Positions 14,087 through 27,836 of a stretch of DNA of 64,000 nucleotides are shown here, piece after piece. Position numbers and translations under genes: made by a program. Under the pieces are notes generated by a model. It saw nothing but the letters and a program-made list of their open reading frames with translations. It was not told the origin of the DNA and searched no databases. Position 1 is the first letter of the stretch. Each line of letters begins with the position of its first letter. This stretch comes from Octopus bimaculoides. Taxonomy: Eukaryota. The stretch spans positions 1,733,040-1,797,039 of the forward strand of contig NC_068992.1 of NCBI RefSeq assembly GCF_001194135.2, in the 5' to 3' direction.

Positions 14087-14443
14087 TTGAGCAGAGCACC
14101 GGCACAGTTTAGGTCACCTGTTGTCAGCCGCAGTCATGGTACACTTCTATGTTGGATCTACTTCAGAAACTCCGCAGGGGATGCATTCGGTTTTAAATCT
14201 TTGCTAGATACAACATGTGTCTCATCGTCTACAGATTTTTAGTGTCGCTGACTTGTTGTTATACGTCCATCAAGTTAGGGAATGAAGGAAAGCAAATAAT
14301 TATTTGATTTATTTGTGTGCTTTTGTGCGTGTGTGATATTTTGGACTAATGAGTATTTGAGTAAAGCACTGGCACAGTTTTGGATACCTGGTATCATCCA
14401 CCGTTGGAATATATTTCCATTGGATCTACTTCAGAAATTCCGC
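14087..14443. repeat. Diverged direct duplication of an ~90-bp unit (14087-14175 and 14357-14443)
   Basis: 5' blocks TTGAGCAGAGCACCGGCACAGTTT vs TTGAGTAAAGCACTGGCACAGTTT (21/24). 3' blocks TTGGATCTACTTCAGAAACTCCGC vs TTGGATCTACTTCAGAAATTCCGC (23/24). Cores of 41 and 39 nt are much more diverged. Confidence 0.85.
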
Positions 14444-17016
14444 GGTGTTAATTGGGATAATAAACGATTAAGCAAACAGAAAATGGAATTGATATAACTG
14501 TTTAGTTTGTACGACGATCGTTTCGATTCATCAAGCACATATAGTTTGTTTTGTTTTTTTTGCGTGCTGTGCATTTTGTATTTCGAATCAAAATGTTATT
14601 CTTACTTTTTAATTTGGGTTTGATAGCATTTTACAATACTGTCTGTGTTAAACACAAATGCTTCGAGTACGGACGGTAAATATTTCCATTTTCTCCATAA
14701 AATATGTGCTACATATAACTAGTTTAATTAGTTTATAACCGTTCTAGCAATGAGTTTGATGCATTCATTATGATTGTGTTTTTACTGTATCTACTCATTG
14801 TGTCTACATTCTGATGGACGAATTTAACCAAATGATGTAGTACTCTGCCATTATCAGAATACATGTCCTGGGTCTGTATTTGCAAGTTCGATACTTTAGT
14901 TATTCTCCTACAAGCAGTTCTGTTCTAAGTATACAAAAGTTTGTAAATAGTTGTAGTAAAAGATAGGAAATACAAGAACTATAAAAGGAATAACGCCACG
15001 TTAATCTGTTTGAAGTGTTGTCTATAATAATGACTAAAAGATATTTTAGATAGAATATCATACGATGCAGCACACTGAAGAATGTATAAAAAAAGATATC
15101 ATTTTAGCTCTTGTAAGTGATAATTTATTTTTGATGGCTTTTGATGTTTCTTATTGTAAAATACACTTCATTGATTCTATACAGATTCTTTGTTATACTT
15201 TCATAACGTGTTTTACTCTATTCTTCGAATTGAAGATTAGGAATGATATTATGTTCAACTTAGAAATATTGTCCATATGTCAAGCTGTAGACAGCCAGGC
15301 GGAAATTCTAACAGAATTATAAAGAAAAATAAATAAAAATGTCTTTTGCAAATATTGAGTGAGTAAATCTTCTCGAAAAGAGGGGTAGGATTATGCTGCT
15401 TGCTTTTTTTATGCTTGAAAGCGATTATCATTCAATAGCTTAAATCACACATCTATCGGGTTCTAATGACAAAGTTTCTAGACTAGAATGAGCAAAAACA
15501 TTATGTATAAGAAGATGTATAATAGTCATTGAATGGTATATAATATTGTAGCCGAGAGCAGTGACGGAAACGGAGTGACACACAGTGTCTTGTTACACAT
15601 TCCCGAATCACACTGACGTGACGTAGTGAAAGTTTCATGCCTAATAACTCTCACGCCCTTTGGGTAGGAATTATTATTTTTGTTGTTGTTATAAATGGAG
15701 ATCTCCAGTCTTCGCCTCAATTTCTGCAAACTTAATTTAAAGAGAAATATCATTAAGTGAAAATCTGATAAACTGCTTTAGATTTGCCCAGAAAAATCTT
15801 GTAAATTATTCCTTGTTGATATGATATATAATGGCGATGATAAATTAAAATAGCATTACTGTAACTGAGCCACAATTCTAGTCACTTTCAACCGAGAAGG
15901 TACATAAAATAAATACTCCCTTCATGAAATATAGTCGTGCAAAAGTAACACGACTCGAAGTTGTGGTCAGCAAAGCTAATTGATTACAGTATTTCTCACA
16001 CATATTGTAAGAAAGAAGTTTTTCTTCCTTCGTTTATAGTTTTCATCCACCTCGACCAGAAAATGATATGCATTGAAAGATCAGCTTGAAATATGTTTGT
16101 AGAAGGGAGAATGAAAAGGGCGATGTCTATGTTCTACCCAATAACATTTTGAAAGTAAAATTAAAATATATTTAGACTATATCAACGTTATCCAGATATA
16201 AGCTTACATCACTGCCATTAGGCGCTTCTTTAAAGAGCAAACGATTAAATCACCACTCAGATAGAAACGATTGTCTCGCTTTATAATTATCAAGACAACT
16301 GATAAATAAAAATTCCTACAATTTGACACGGAATTCTGGGTATGTGAATTCACATGTAAAGTAACATTTTCTTTAAAATTCTCGATAAACGATATTTTGG
16401 AAGAGATGTCTTTCACAATTTCCCTTCGCCAAACAAATTTAAATAGAATCTTCAATTGTGAGTAAAACACGGCAGGTAATTCGCTTCTACTGTGACACAT
16501 TTCATCGTTTGCTGCAGTTACCACTATTGACTACAATAAGCAACAAAACTTGATATGAAAACTCTCTCTCGTAAGTGATGAATTGTCAATGTCATTAGAA
16601 TATAGATGAAAACGGTTTGTGGTATCTGTTCCGACTCTGTATACTCAGAATTTAAATGCAGCCCAGTTTAACTTCGTCGTTATTCATAGGAACCAAGAAA
16701 AAATAGCAATATACGACGTTGGATTGGCAGAAATGTAAGAACGTCGGAGAAAAAACCTGATGGTATTTAATCTATGGTTAAGTTCTACCAGAGCCAACGT
16801 GACTGATCGACTAAATCTTTCAAGCGGTTAAACAAATGCTTCCGGTACTTGGGTAACTTTAAGCGAATATATTCCATTGTAAATCTTCGTCCAGATACCG
16901 TTTTAAATGTATTTTAATCCAACACTCTCAAAGTGCAAAAAGGGCATGGATACTACCTTCGTTCATTACTAAATGTTTAATTAAAATCTTTAATTTAATG
17001 TTGTTTTTGATTCACC

Positions 17017-17065
<49 letters not shown>

Positions 17066-17291
17066 CAACTATAGCTAGCACCATGGAATGCCCGCATTAA
17101 CCAATAGTGACAAGGCCACTATTTGTTAGAAATAGTTCCCAAATCCCCTGCAATAATAATTCTTAATATAGGAAGGACAGATTGAATGCCGCGATCCTAG
17201 ATTTACACGATTTCATTATCGAATCTGTGCTCAATTATTGTTGAGGTGGCTGATTAGCAAATAAGTTTGGCAGCAGCAACAATTTCAGCAT

Positions 17292-17489
17292 CTGCTGCAG
17301 TTGCCACTAGTACCTCACGTACAACTACTGCTGCTGATGCTACTAGAACAAAGACTACTGCTGTAGTTGCCACTAGTACCTCACGTACAACTACTGCTGC
17401 TGATGCTACTAGAACAAAGGCTACTGCTGCAGTTGCCACTAGTACCTCAAGTACAACTACTGCTGCTGATGCTACTAGAACAAAGACTA
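17292..17489. repeat. 66-bp minisatellite, 3 copies
   Basis: Unit CTGCTGCAGTTGCCACTAGTACCTCACGTACAACTACTGCTGCTGATGCTACTAGAACAAAGACTA, with only a few substitutions between copies. Confidence 0.95.
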
Positions 17490-19314
17490 CTGCTGCTGCT
17501 GCTGCAGGTTCGGAAACTATAATTGCAGAACTAACACTACGGTGTACTCTTAGTGACTACGCCATCCCCTTTTCAAGTTTGTTTGCCTAATCAATGACAT
17601 ATACGAAAATAGCGTCTCTGTATTTAACGAAGTTTCAGGCGCTCAGACAAATTTTATGAATATTGTAAAATAATGTCACATTGAGACAGATATGTGTGCC
17701 AGTCACTTGTTTTTCAAAAGCAATGACACACTGTGGGTTAATGGCCGCATTAATATTCACAGATATTTAATCATGATTCATCAAGATTGACAAATGCATC
17801 AATGATATGTAAGACTGTTACGTGAAAGCGGACCAACAGCATTAGAAGACTACATAAGTATGTAATGAGAAGTCCAGTTTAATAAAGAAAGAAGACATGA
17901 TTTTAGAAAAAGAAACGTTGTGTAATATATTTCTATGGTGAGTTTGAACTCTTCAAAAAGAAGAAACTTGAGAATCTGTACGTATTTTCTTCAGTTGCAG
18001 AAACATCAGGCTTTCTTTCTCAAATTACACTCTACCAACTGAAGACAAAAGAAAAGATAAAACAGACAAGAGCAGTCCTAGGATTATTATACTGAATAAG
18101 GCTTAACTGATCGTTCAGGGCTTTGCTGACGATCGCAGCAACACACGAAACAACGGTTTGAATTTTGATTGTTATACTTCATTATGCCAGTATTATATCA
18201 AACTCAAACCAAAGAGGTCTGTTAGATTCTTCTCACAAGCAAAATTATGACATTTCATTCAGAACCCATTCTGCGAACGACAAGTATTTTCATACATATC
18301 GTTCATACAATGGTTCGACTTTTCATTTATTTATTTATTTTTAGAATTCTATTATGGTAGCTTTGTATTATTTAGATGCCATTAATGGGTTACTTAGAGA
18401 GTCCGTTAAGTGTGTGTATGTATAAAATTGCGTGTATCCATGTATAAAGGTGTATATGCGTATATACAAATGTGTGTGTGTGCGTGTGTGCGTTCTATTT
18501 TGTGTTTTTTTTACTCTGTGACTCATCTCATTTGCTATCAACCAATATCGATTTCTTACGCAGACAGTGGAGGGAATTATTATTAGCAAGGGCAAATACA
18601 ATTACTGGTCGTCATGTGTCTCACAATGGAATTATTGACAGAATTGATGTGATATTTCTACATTTGGCAATTAAAAGTGTGTCACGGATTACAGCCTAAC
18701 GGCAGATTATCTCTCTTTCTACATAGAACCGCAAGGTTTGAGATATATATCAGCCAGATATAATGAGATTATATGATTTTCATGCCTTTTGCAAAACGTT
18801 AACAGAAGTATAAAAACATTGTTGATGTCTCCTATAGCAGCTAGACAATGAACAGAATTTAGAAATATATGCTTTCAGAATGTTTGCAATTATGGAGACT
18901 GTTCAGTTTTATTATTGAAGACGAATATTTGGTTTAATTCTTCAGAGACAGTGTTTGAGGAAGAAGTTTTAAGTGAATTAATATAATATATATTTCAATA
19001 AACGGCAGTGCATATATAGAGTTTCTCACTAGTGAGGTAATTGTTTTCAATTATTATTTCAATATACATACATCTACATAGATAAGTATGTAAACATGAG
19101 AGTAAATAAATAACAGTGAAACAAGAATTACATAATCGACTTCATTAGCTTACAACTGTTTCTGCTAAGCGTTGTACATGTGTATTGAGCTCAGACAACG
19201 GATTATTGGTATCACAGAAGTGGAAGAGTTACAGACATATATGTATGTACATACATACACACATACATACATGCACACGCACATAAAATTATATACATAT
19301 ATACATATATAAAC

Positions 19315-19369
<55 letters not shown>

Positions 19370-19608
19370 ACAGGAATGGCAACCAAAGAAAGAAAGAGAC
19401 CCCGATATTATGCAAATAGAGGAATTTATCTGTAAAAATATGTGACAACTGAATAACTGGCTGGATAACTGAAGAGATTTTGGAGTGGACCCCCCACTCT
19501 GGCATCCGAAACTCGGAGTTTTATCATGGCTACTGAATAAGTGTCACATATTTTTACATATACATATATATACATACATACATACATACATATATAAATG
19601 CATGTATA

Positions 19609-20126
19609 CGAGGTCTGATCTGTAGGTGTCCGGACTATTGCCATAGTAACGAAACTAAAGCACGCTGAGTGAAGCTGCTTGACGAAGATTGACGGTGAAC
19701 GCTGCTGTGCATGCGAACTAAGGTTTAACATTCTAGCCCACTTCCCTCTTTACAGCAGTGCTTGCAAGGAAGGTATGTAACGTGTGAGCGTCGCATTGAC
19801 CATGACAGAGACAGTTGTCATGATGTTACCTGCTCAGAGGCCTGTACAAAGTTGCATAAAATGTATGGAGAGGAGTGTACGAGCCGCACACAAGTGTACG
19901 AGTGTTTAAGACATTTCCAAGACGGAAAAATATCGATAGCGACGAATGTTCTGGAGACACGCAACCAGCAAAACTGAGAAGATCATCATAGATGTGCGTG
20001 CAACGTGTGGGGAAATCGTCCAATGGCTATCCGTGAATGATAAGAAGTTGTGCAGATCAGTTACGGTTCACCTAAGTCGATTATCACTGAAAATGGGGGT
20101 ATGAGACACGTGCCTGCCAAGTTTGT
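19609..20126 (+). mobile_element. Decayed, 3'-truncated Tc1/mariner transposon (left end and transposase N-terminus)
   Basis: TA followed by CGAGGTCTGATC end. Translation KLHKMYGEECTSRTQVYECLRHFQDG and GMRHVPAKFV matches the mariner HTH region and the WVP-like linker. Frameshifted. Confidence 0.85.
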
Positions 20127-21235
20127 AATACTAGACGGTATTGATCTAATACTCACATGATCTAATACTCCAAGCAGCGAGATAAGCGGTGGTTGTCTGC
20201 CGCTGGCGATAGATATAATGTGCATGTATGCACCAAATAAGTATGGGAGTTTTCTACCTGAGCACATGTCACTGTATTTTTGTATTCTAACGCCACGTCC
20301 ACTAATAATATATATATATGTTATTATGCGTGCGTGCGTGTGTGTGTGTGTATGTGTGAGTCTATACGTGTTTATGTGCATGTATGCGTTTATGCGAATA
20401 AGATATATATCTATGAATGTATATATATATATGAAATGTTGAATAAGGACAAAAGAATTATGCAAACAAATTCATTAGCATACACCTGTTCTGCCATAAC
20501 AATCGCTGCAAAACTATTTGCGTGTTTCTCCATTTTCTTAAAGCTTCCTTGCAATATTTTAAAACGAAATATGTCCATCTGAATGTTTTCCGGTTTAAAT
20601 ATATTCTACATTTTTAATGCTCCAAGGACGCTGTAATATGATGCAGAAGCACTCAGCTTTCAGTGCATTGCTTCTTATAGCAGAACAGCCCTAAGCTCAT
20701 TAAGCTGAATTACATAAATCCTGTTTCTTTGTCGTTTAATATTTCGTGTGAATATATATATATATGAGAAATGATGACATGCAAAAATTTTAATGATCGG
20801 TTCTCTATATGCGTTTTAACGTTGTTCTTTGGTCCTAGAGTATTGGATGTGCCAAGAGCATTTGAGTGCTAACACACAACGGATCATCAGGGGAGCACTT
20901 TATTGTGTTATTTTGAAGAGATCAGATATCTGAAGCTGAGGAGATGGTGAGACATTGCTATGGAAGTAGCTAGAAAACCTATGGCATAGAGAAATAAAAA
21001 GAGGTAAGTTGATAGGAAAAAGAAGAGTTAGAGAAAGAGAGAGAGAGGGGGGAACACAATATTTCAATGAAAGAAAGAAAGGCTGAAAGAAAGAAACACT
21101 AATGTAAAAGGTAAAATACAGTAAATAAATATATATAAATTAAAAGTGGATAAGAAATGGAAAAAATATATAAATACACCCGAGAGATTTAAAGGGAAGA
21201 AAGGTGAGAGAGAAAGGGAGAGAGAAAACAAAACG

Positions 21236-21294
<59 letters not shown>

Positions 21295-22100
21295 TGAGGG
21301 AGCAGAGAATGGTAGAGAGGAAAGATAGAGCGACATTGAAGCAAGAAAATATTTTATAATTTTAAAATGGAAAAAAAAACCTTTCTTTGAAGAAAGATAA
21401 ATACTCTTATTTCTCATTATTGGAACATAAAAATGAGGAAAAAATGAACACAAATGAATATAATAGTATGAGTAAGTCATGATCATGCAGTTGGTAGAAT
21501 AAATCCTAAAGGAAGATAGCATAGTTTTCAATAGGTCAATTATGTAGTCTAAATACAAAGATACGTATAGTTAGATCATGTATAAGAAATGCGAAAGGAA
21601 CCAGAATGCATTTTGTGTGTAATCTAGGAAACCTAAGTTAAGACATGAGGTTGGGTGTTCGAGAAATCAGTTTTCACTATGACTGTTCCTCTTCTAACTC
21701 AATGTCATGCTTTCTTCTCATACCATTCGATACACAATGCAAATTTATATGATAATAATCAGTGATGTATCTGAAGATGAGGTACCTTATACATATCAAA
21801 TGATGTAGTTGTATATACATTGAAACACATAACTACCTTCAAAACGTATGTTGCACTGAATTGCGGCTGTCCATTGTTATGCGTGTGCGCACGAGCGTGT
21901 GTGTGTGCATGCGTATGTGTGCGTGCATGTGTGTGTATGTGTTTGCAAGCATAAACAGATTTACAAATGCAGAGACATATGTTCATATATGTATACATAT
22001 ATACACATACATACAAACGTATATGCGGTGCAACAGCATGGCCTTATTGATCATATGCATTTTCATCCATTTACTATTATTCTTTATATATATATAAAAA

Positions 22101-22156
22101 CGTGGTGCCCCAGCATGACCGCAGTCAAATGACTGAAACAAGTAAAAGAGTAAGAG
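22101..22156 (-). mobile_element. Repeat family C head fragment
   Basis: Reverse complement CTTTTACTTGTTTCAGTCATTTGACTGCGGTCATGCTGGGGCACCAC matches the copies at 46511 and 62562. Confidence 0.75.
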
Positions 22157-22296
22157 AGTATATGTGTGTGTGTGTGTAAGTATATGCGTGTGTGTGTGCA
22201 TATATATGTATATATATATATATATACATATATGTATATATATATACATATATGTATATATATACATACGCACACACACACACACACATACACACA

Positions 22297-22347
<51 letters not shown>

Positions 22348-22489
22348 GCATATTACAGTCGCGTTACATGGAGGATCAACAAATAAGTACGCCATCATGT
22401 GATAAATGAATGTCATTTAATCTACACAACTTACAAAAGAGCTACCAATAGCATGGGGAACCGCCGGTCTTCCATAAACAGCATCACCC

Positions 22490-22552
22490 GGACTTATGCC
22501 TCGTGGGGTAACTTTCTTGGTTCAATCCAATGGTCATTCAAGACCGAAGGTT
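22490..22552 (+). repeat. Short interspersed repeat shared with 48283-48345
   Basis: TGCCTCGTGGGGTAACTTTCTTGGTTCAATCCAATGGTCATTCAAGACCGAAGG vs TGCCTAGGAGGGTAACTTTCTAGGTGCAATCCTATGGTTATTCGTGACCGAAGG. Confidence 0.75.
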
Positions 22553-25500
22553 TTCTTTTTACCATTTACGTGTGAGGTTGTAACCAAAGTGTGAGTATTG
22601 CTCTGTATGGAGGGAGGAAAAAGTAGTGTGTGTATGTATGTGTGCGTGCAAGAGCGGGTACTAGTGTATCAGGAATAGGAAGAAGGGGTGCCTGCTTGCG
22701 TTTCCGTAGGTGTGTGTATAAGCAGTTTGGACGAAAATGGCGTGAGAGGTGTTGGGAAAAAATCTAAGCCGTGTAGAGAAAGAGTGCTGGTCGAGATGCA
22801 GGATGTAAAAGGAAGTTCTGTGGTGTGGTATATATAATTGTGTGGCGAGGGGTGGTAAAGGAAGATGAGTGGATAATTAAGGTCGTGAGGGACTGAAGTG
22901 TGTAGAAAGTAAATCAGACTCTGCTCCAGGCGGAGGAGGGTTCGGGTGAAAACTGATCAACTTGAGTCCGAACTGTTTGTCTAATATTTGATGAGTGGCT
23001 GAGAGAGTAGAGGGTGCAGTGGAAAAGACTGATGGAGTTGCTAATAAATGATGCGGTGGTGGATATCGGTAAGATAAGCCGTTAGTGTCACTTAATCGTC
23101 TTGATATTCCTCGACTTGCTGTAAATGACTACTGCACCCATTTTTCTTAGAAAAATCTAAATGAGTTCTCAAACGATGGCTTGTTTTTCAGCAGACAAAA
23201 TATTTACCCTGTGTAGAAAATTTTCAGAACCTTAAAGAAAACAAAAAAAAAATATTTAAAAAATATAATAGTTCCTAAAATTTCTAAGTTGTTTCTTTTG
23301 TTTTGCAGAACCAATTATGTTAGTACTCTGTAGAATGGTTTCTGAGACAATGAAAGCAGAAAAAAACAACAAATAAATGCAATTCAACTCTCGTGATACA
23401 GACCGTAGCGGTCCTCTGGCATTATCGACTGGTATTGGAGAAAATGTGTGCCGTCGTATGCTCAAACATTGAAATTTGTTGAATCAACAAATATTGCCAT
23501 CAAAAAACCGCAGATATTGGCTTTCATTCGCTTTATTGATAAAGATCAAGCAAAAAAGAGAGGACGAAAGAAACAGAAATAGAAAGGAAGAAGGAACGAG
23601 GGAAAGACAGGAAGAAAGAAAGAAGGAAAGAAAGAAAGAAAGAAATATAAAGAGAAATCATTAATTTTTTGGTTGCAAAGAAATGCCAGTCACTGTAAAG
23701 CGTGAAAACATTTTCCACATTTGCAGAAACCACCTTGAAAATATTAGAGACGTGTTGGTATCTCTTCGATAGAACTTCCACGACGTTAATCTGTATGAAA
23801 CAGAATGTTATTACACTCAATGCTTTCTACAAAAGAAAGCCTTATTTGCAAAATTTAAGTTTCGGATCAAGTTGAAATGTTCAAATTTAATAAGAGCAGA
23901 ACATTAAAGATTCATTTGATAAAATTGTATTGACATAGAATCGCAGCAAAAACACTTGTTTTTACGCGCCGATGGCTACAAAGGGGAAAAAGCGTTCTTT
24001 AGTGTGCATTAACTCACAAATGATCTTCATACATTTTTGAAGGAATAAATTTAAATCACTTCCATGGATTCCTTCATTGAGAATTCTAGTTTTCTAACCA
24101 CGGATATTTAACAAGAGTATTTCACCGTCTTAATAACCTTAATTGAATTAAAAACAAAATATATTCATATTTGCAAGCGAACAAATTGAATTTCAGAAAA
24201 GAATATTAATATTTAAAGACAAGTTAAAAGTAATAGGCTTGGGATAAAAATCTAAGCAAAAATGATAAAACAACTAAAACGCTGGCGTTTTAGCTGATCG
24301 TTTAATTCCTCTAAAATACAAATTGACTTTTACTTTCTATAATTAAACATTGAATAATATAATTAGATTCCAAACCCTTTTATAAAAATTTAAGACTATC
24401 CAAAGTAGCAGGCTTGGTTTCGCTATCCAATCATAAGAAACTAAATACCTAATTGGAGCTGAATCTTAAATAGCTTGCTTTCTAATCAATGGAGAAAATC
24501 TTTCGCTACTTTTGGTTGAGTTTGAATCAATTTTGAATAATATCCTATTGATGTAAATTATGATCTAGACTAAGCAATGCCGAATACAATAAAAAAATAA
24601 AAAGTAAATATTATTCAATGCATTTACAAAGAAATGGAAGCTTGCTTATCAAACGTACGAGGGTCCACTAAAGCATTGGAAACTCGCGAAAGGATATGTC
24701 TTCCACAACACGATTAATCAAACCGAATTGTTGCAACCAATGCTGGCGAAACTCTCTCTTCCACAGTTCATCCCTTTGATGAATCGGCTCTGTTGAATCA
24801 AGTATAACTCAATGATGGCCTTTTAGTGTCCTGAACAATATCATGCATTCACAGTTCAATTTCTCTCACATGAAAAATAATTCCGTTTACACTCGATTTC
24901 ATTTCGTAACGACGCTCATAAATTATGAATTAACGCCATAGTTGCATTAAATATTACAGATTGTCGTCGTCAATTTCATTATTACGGTTGTGCGTGTAAA
25001 GTACCACCAAATGAATGTTATCTGCATGCTTACTGTTTGTATTCAACTTTTGATCGTTTGGTCGTTAACTATTGTCATAATTCCAGTTTAAAAACTTTAG
25101 GATCTGCATCAACAGCAGATCCCAAAATTACTCTTTTTGGGGCACTACCAAACATAGCTCCATGAATAGATCTTCGTGCATAGATGTCGGATTCCATCAC
25201 GGAATCCGACAACAGGAGACAACCGCCTTTCAAACATAAATGGACGAGGATATAGAAAATGCGGAAGTAGTGGTGTTGTTAGCTGAAAAAACTGAATAAC
25301 AGATAAATAAAATAGTGAGTTAAACATATAAAGATGTTTCCCTCTCTTGGCGAGAGGTTCTGAATAACAAAAGAAAACAGTATGGGTAAATTTGAGGAAC
25401 TGCGAGAGAAGTTAGGAAGTTGTCAGGTACATTCATGGAAAGAAATAAGTTTTGATTCTACAGGGTGTGTAAAAAAGAGCGGGCTCGTGACAAAGAAATC

Positions 25501-25672
25501 TAATCGTTATGCAAATGCACATAAATACAGATGTGTGTGTGTGAGGGAGTGGGTGCGTGCGTGTGTGAGAGAGAGAGAGTATAGAGAAAAAGAGAGAAAG
25601 AGAAAGAAAAAGTGTGTGTGAGAGAGAGAGATATTTGTATGCACACAGGTGATGATAGGTACATATCTGTAT

Positions 25673-25735
<63 letters not shown>

Positions 25736-27436
25736 CACACACACATTAGTACACATTTATACGTTCGTGCACACAACATACGCACAAATTCTACCCACAT
25801 ACGTACATACATACATATATATACATACACACATGCATATATATGTGTGTGCGTGTGTATATGTATGTGTGTGTATGTATGCATGTGTGTGTGTGTGTGA
25901 AAAAGATTGATGCGTCGATAATGTAGAGCGTATATTATCCAGCGTCTCATGTTTTGTACAAAATTGTTCGTACAACACCAACCGTTTTTTACATTTTTTA
26001 TAAGACATTGTTATTCATACAGGTAGACGCAAGTATAAGCACTTAGATAAATAAACATATTAATACAGATATTCGCATTCATAAATATACGTAAAAAAAA
26101 TCACAACTTTTAAAGAGAAAAGGAAAACATTGATAACAACATCGAAACATAATAGAGCTAAATCTTTCGCGTCTGTCATTTTCATTTATCATCATAAATA
26201 TAGAAGTATGTCTGAATATATCGCTGTTACTATATATCGTTCTATATTTGTTGGTCAATATAAACGCTGACTAGTAAAAGGAAAAAATAATAATAAAATA
26301 ATTACTATTTTGGGTGTGGCAGCAAAAAGTAATGTATATATTTACTATTTATGTATTCGTTACGCTACAGATTATTATCAGCCTAATTATCTGCCGCTAA
26401 TTTATCTTTTGCAGCTGTATTTTTCCAGCATTGAATGCAATATACCGCAAAGCTATATGTGAGAGAGTATCTCAATGCACACAACATGCATGTACCTGGC
26501 TGTATTATATGTGCTTGTCCGTGTGTGCGTCAATGTATGCTACGCACAGATACATACATACACAGACACACACACATACACACACACACACATATATATA
26601 TTTCTACCTTTACGGTGCTTTATTTTATTAAAAAGAAATACATTTGCATTGCAATATTTCATTTTTTCATTGAAATCATTTTCACTGTTGTCGGTTCTGA
26701 TAATGGTTAAGCGTTCAGGTGAGTATACTTGGCATTGATGTGGCAACATTCGAAATATTGTCTAGGTAAATGCAGCTGATGAAGACTGATCAAATCTACG
26801 TTGACAAACGTATTTGAAGAGTGACAAACCGGTCCTGCCTTATCCGATTCTGGGTTGTCCTTTTATCGAATGTTCTTCCTAGAGTTAAGACAAACTTTTC
26901 CTGTTTTCTGCACACAGACGTCATTGCTACTATATACGCAGTGAAGCTTTATTAAAACGTCATAATTGTATCGACTGCTATTTCCAGTGCATATTGGTGC
27001 CTTGTTGTACCACTAATCTATTAGGACGTGAGTATGACCCTCCAGGACATACAATCCCATAATTGGTGCACTTATAAAGAACTGATGCTTCAGAAAAGCA
27101 ATGCCCACGGCTTCTGATTTACCCTTCACAGTCTTCATCCTCTATTTGCTGAAATTGAATTTAACACAGCAACAATATGGATTCTTTAAACTAGCCTTTG
27201 AGTCAGAAAATTCCGGAAACAAGTATTGCATTTAGGCGCATTAATCTAAATTAATCATCTTAATTGGTTAACTAACGCAACATCAAAACCTGAAAGCTTC
27301 ACCATGGATAAGCTCTTCCTGAGAATATGCCTTTAAAATAGAAAAGAACTAGGTGGGAAGTTTTATCTAGAAATGAGGCTTCAGAAAAGTAATGCTCCAC
27401 GGCGTTGGCTTGCTTATATTCCCACACAAACACAGA

Positions 27437-27601
27437 CAGGTGCAAGTTTGGCAGTGTGGTAAAAAGCTTGATTTCCAACCATGTGGTTACCGGTTCAGTC
27501 TCACTTCGTGGCACCTTCTGCAAGTGTCTTCTGCTATAACCTTGGGCCGACAAAAGCCTTGTGAATGAATTTTCTCAACGGAAACTGAAAGAAACCCGTC
27601 C
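27437..27601 (+). mobile_element. SINE family A copy
   Basis: GGCAGTGTGGTAAAAAGCTTG...CCAACCATGTGGTTACCGGTTCAGTC...GTGGCACCTT...GGGCCGACAAAAGCCTTGTGA...GGAAACTGAAAGAAACCCGTC. Confidence 0.85.
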
Positions 27602-27669
27602 TATATATGTGTGTGTGTATACTCTATTCGTGTGTTTCTTCCTGTCTGCATTTGTAACCACATCATCCC

Positions 27670-27836
27670 TTGAAAACCGATGTAGGTTTGGCTACGTCAC
27701 CGTAATTTAGCGCTGCGGGAAAAAAAACGATAGAATAAGTAACAGGCTTACACACAATAAGTCTTGTGGTCGATTTCTTCGACCCAAAAACCTATGAGAC
27801 GGCGCTCCAATATGGCCGCAATCAAATGACTGAAAA
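27670..27836 (-). mobile_element. Repeat family C copy
   Basis: Ends with GGCGCTCCAATATGGCCGCAATCAAATGACTGAAA, the reverse complement of the family C head. Confidence 0.65.

Noticed and set aside
14357-14443. CRISPR-like repeat-spacer reading, and the Ras-like peptide KYIPTVDDT on the minus strand of copy 2
   Set aside because: Only two units with non-identical ends, in eukaryotic DNA with no cas genes. The peptide is not kept in copy 1 and no other GTPase motifs were found.
14808-14860. ATTCTGAT...ATCAGAAT fold-back as a pre-miRNA or C/D snoRNA
   Set aside because: Only the terminal 8 bp pair well; the interior pairs poorly and the C/D boxes are not correctly placed.
16691-16735. + strand exon-like NQEKIAIYDVGLAE
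   Set aside because: Short; the YDxGL resemblance is unsupported by any neighbouring exon.
20848-20947. + strand exon with good acceptor and GTGAGA donor
   Set aside because: Stops in all three frames; at best non-coding.
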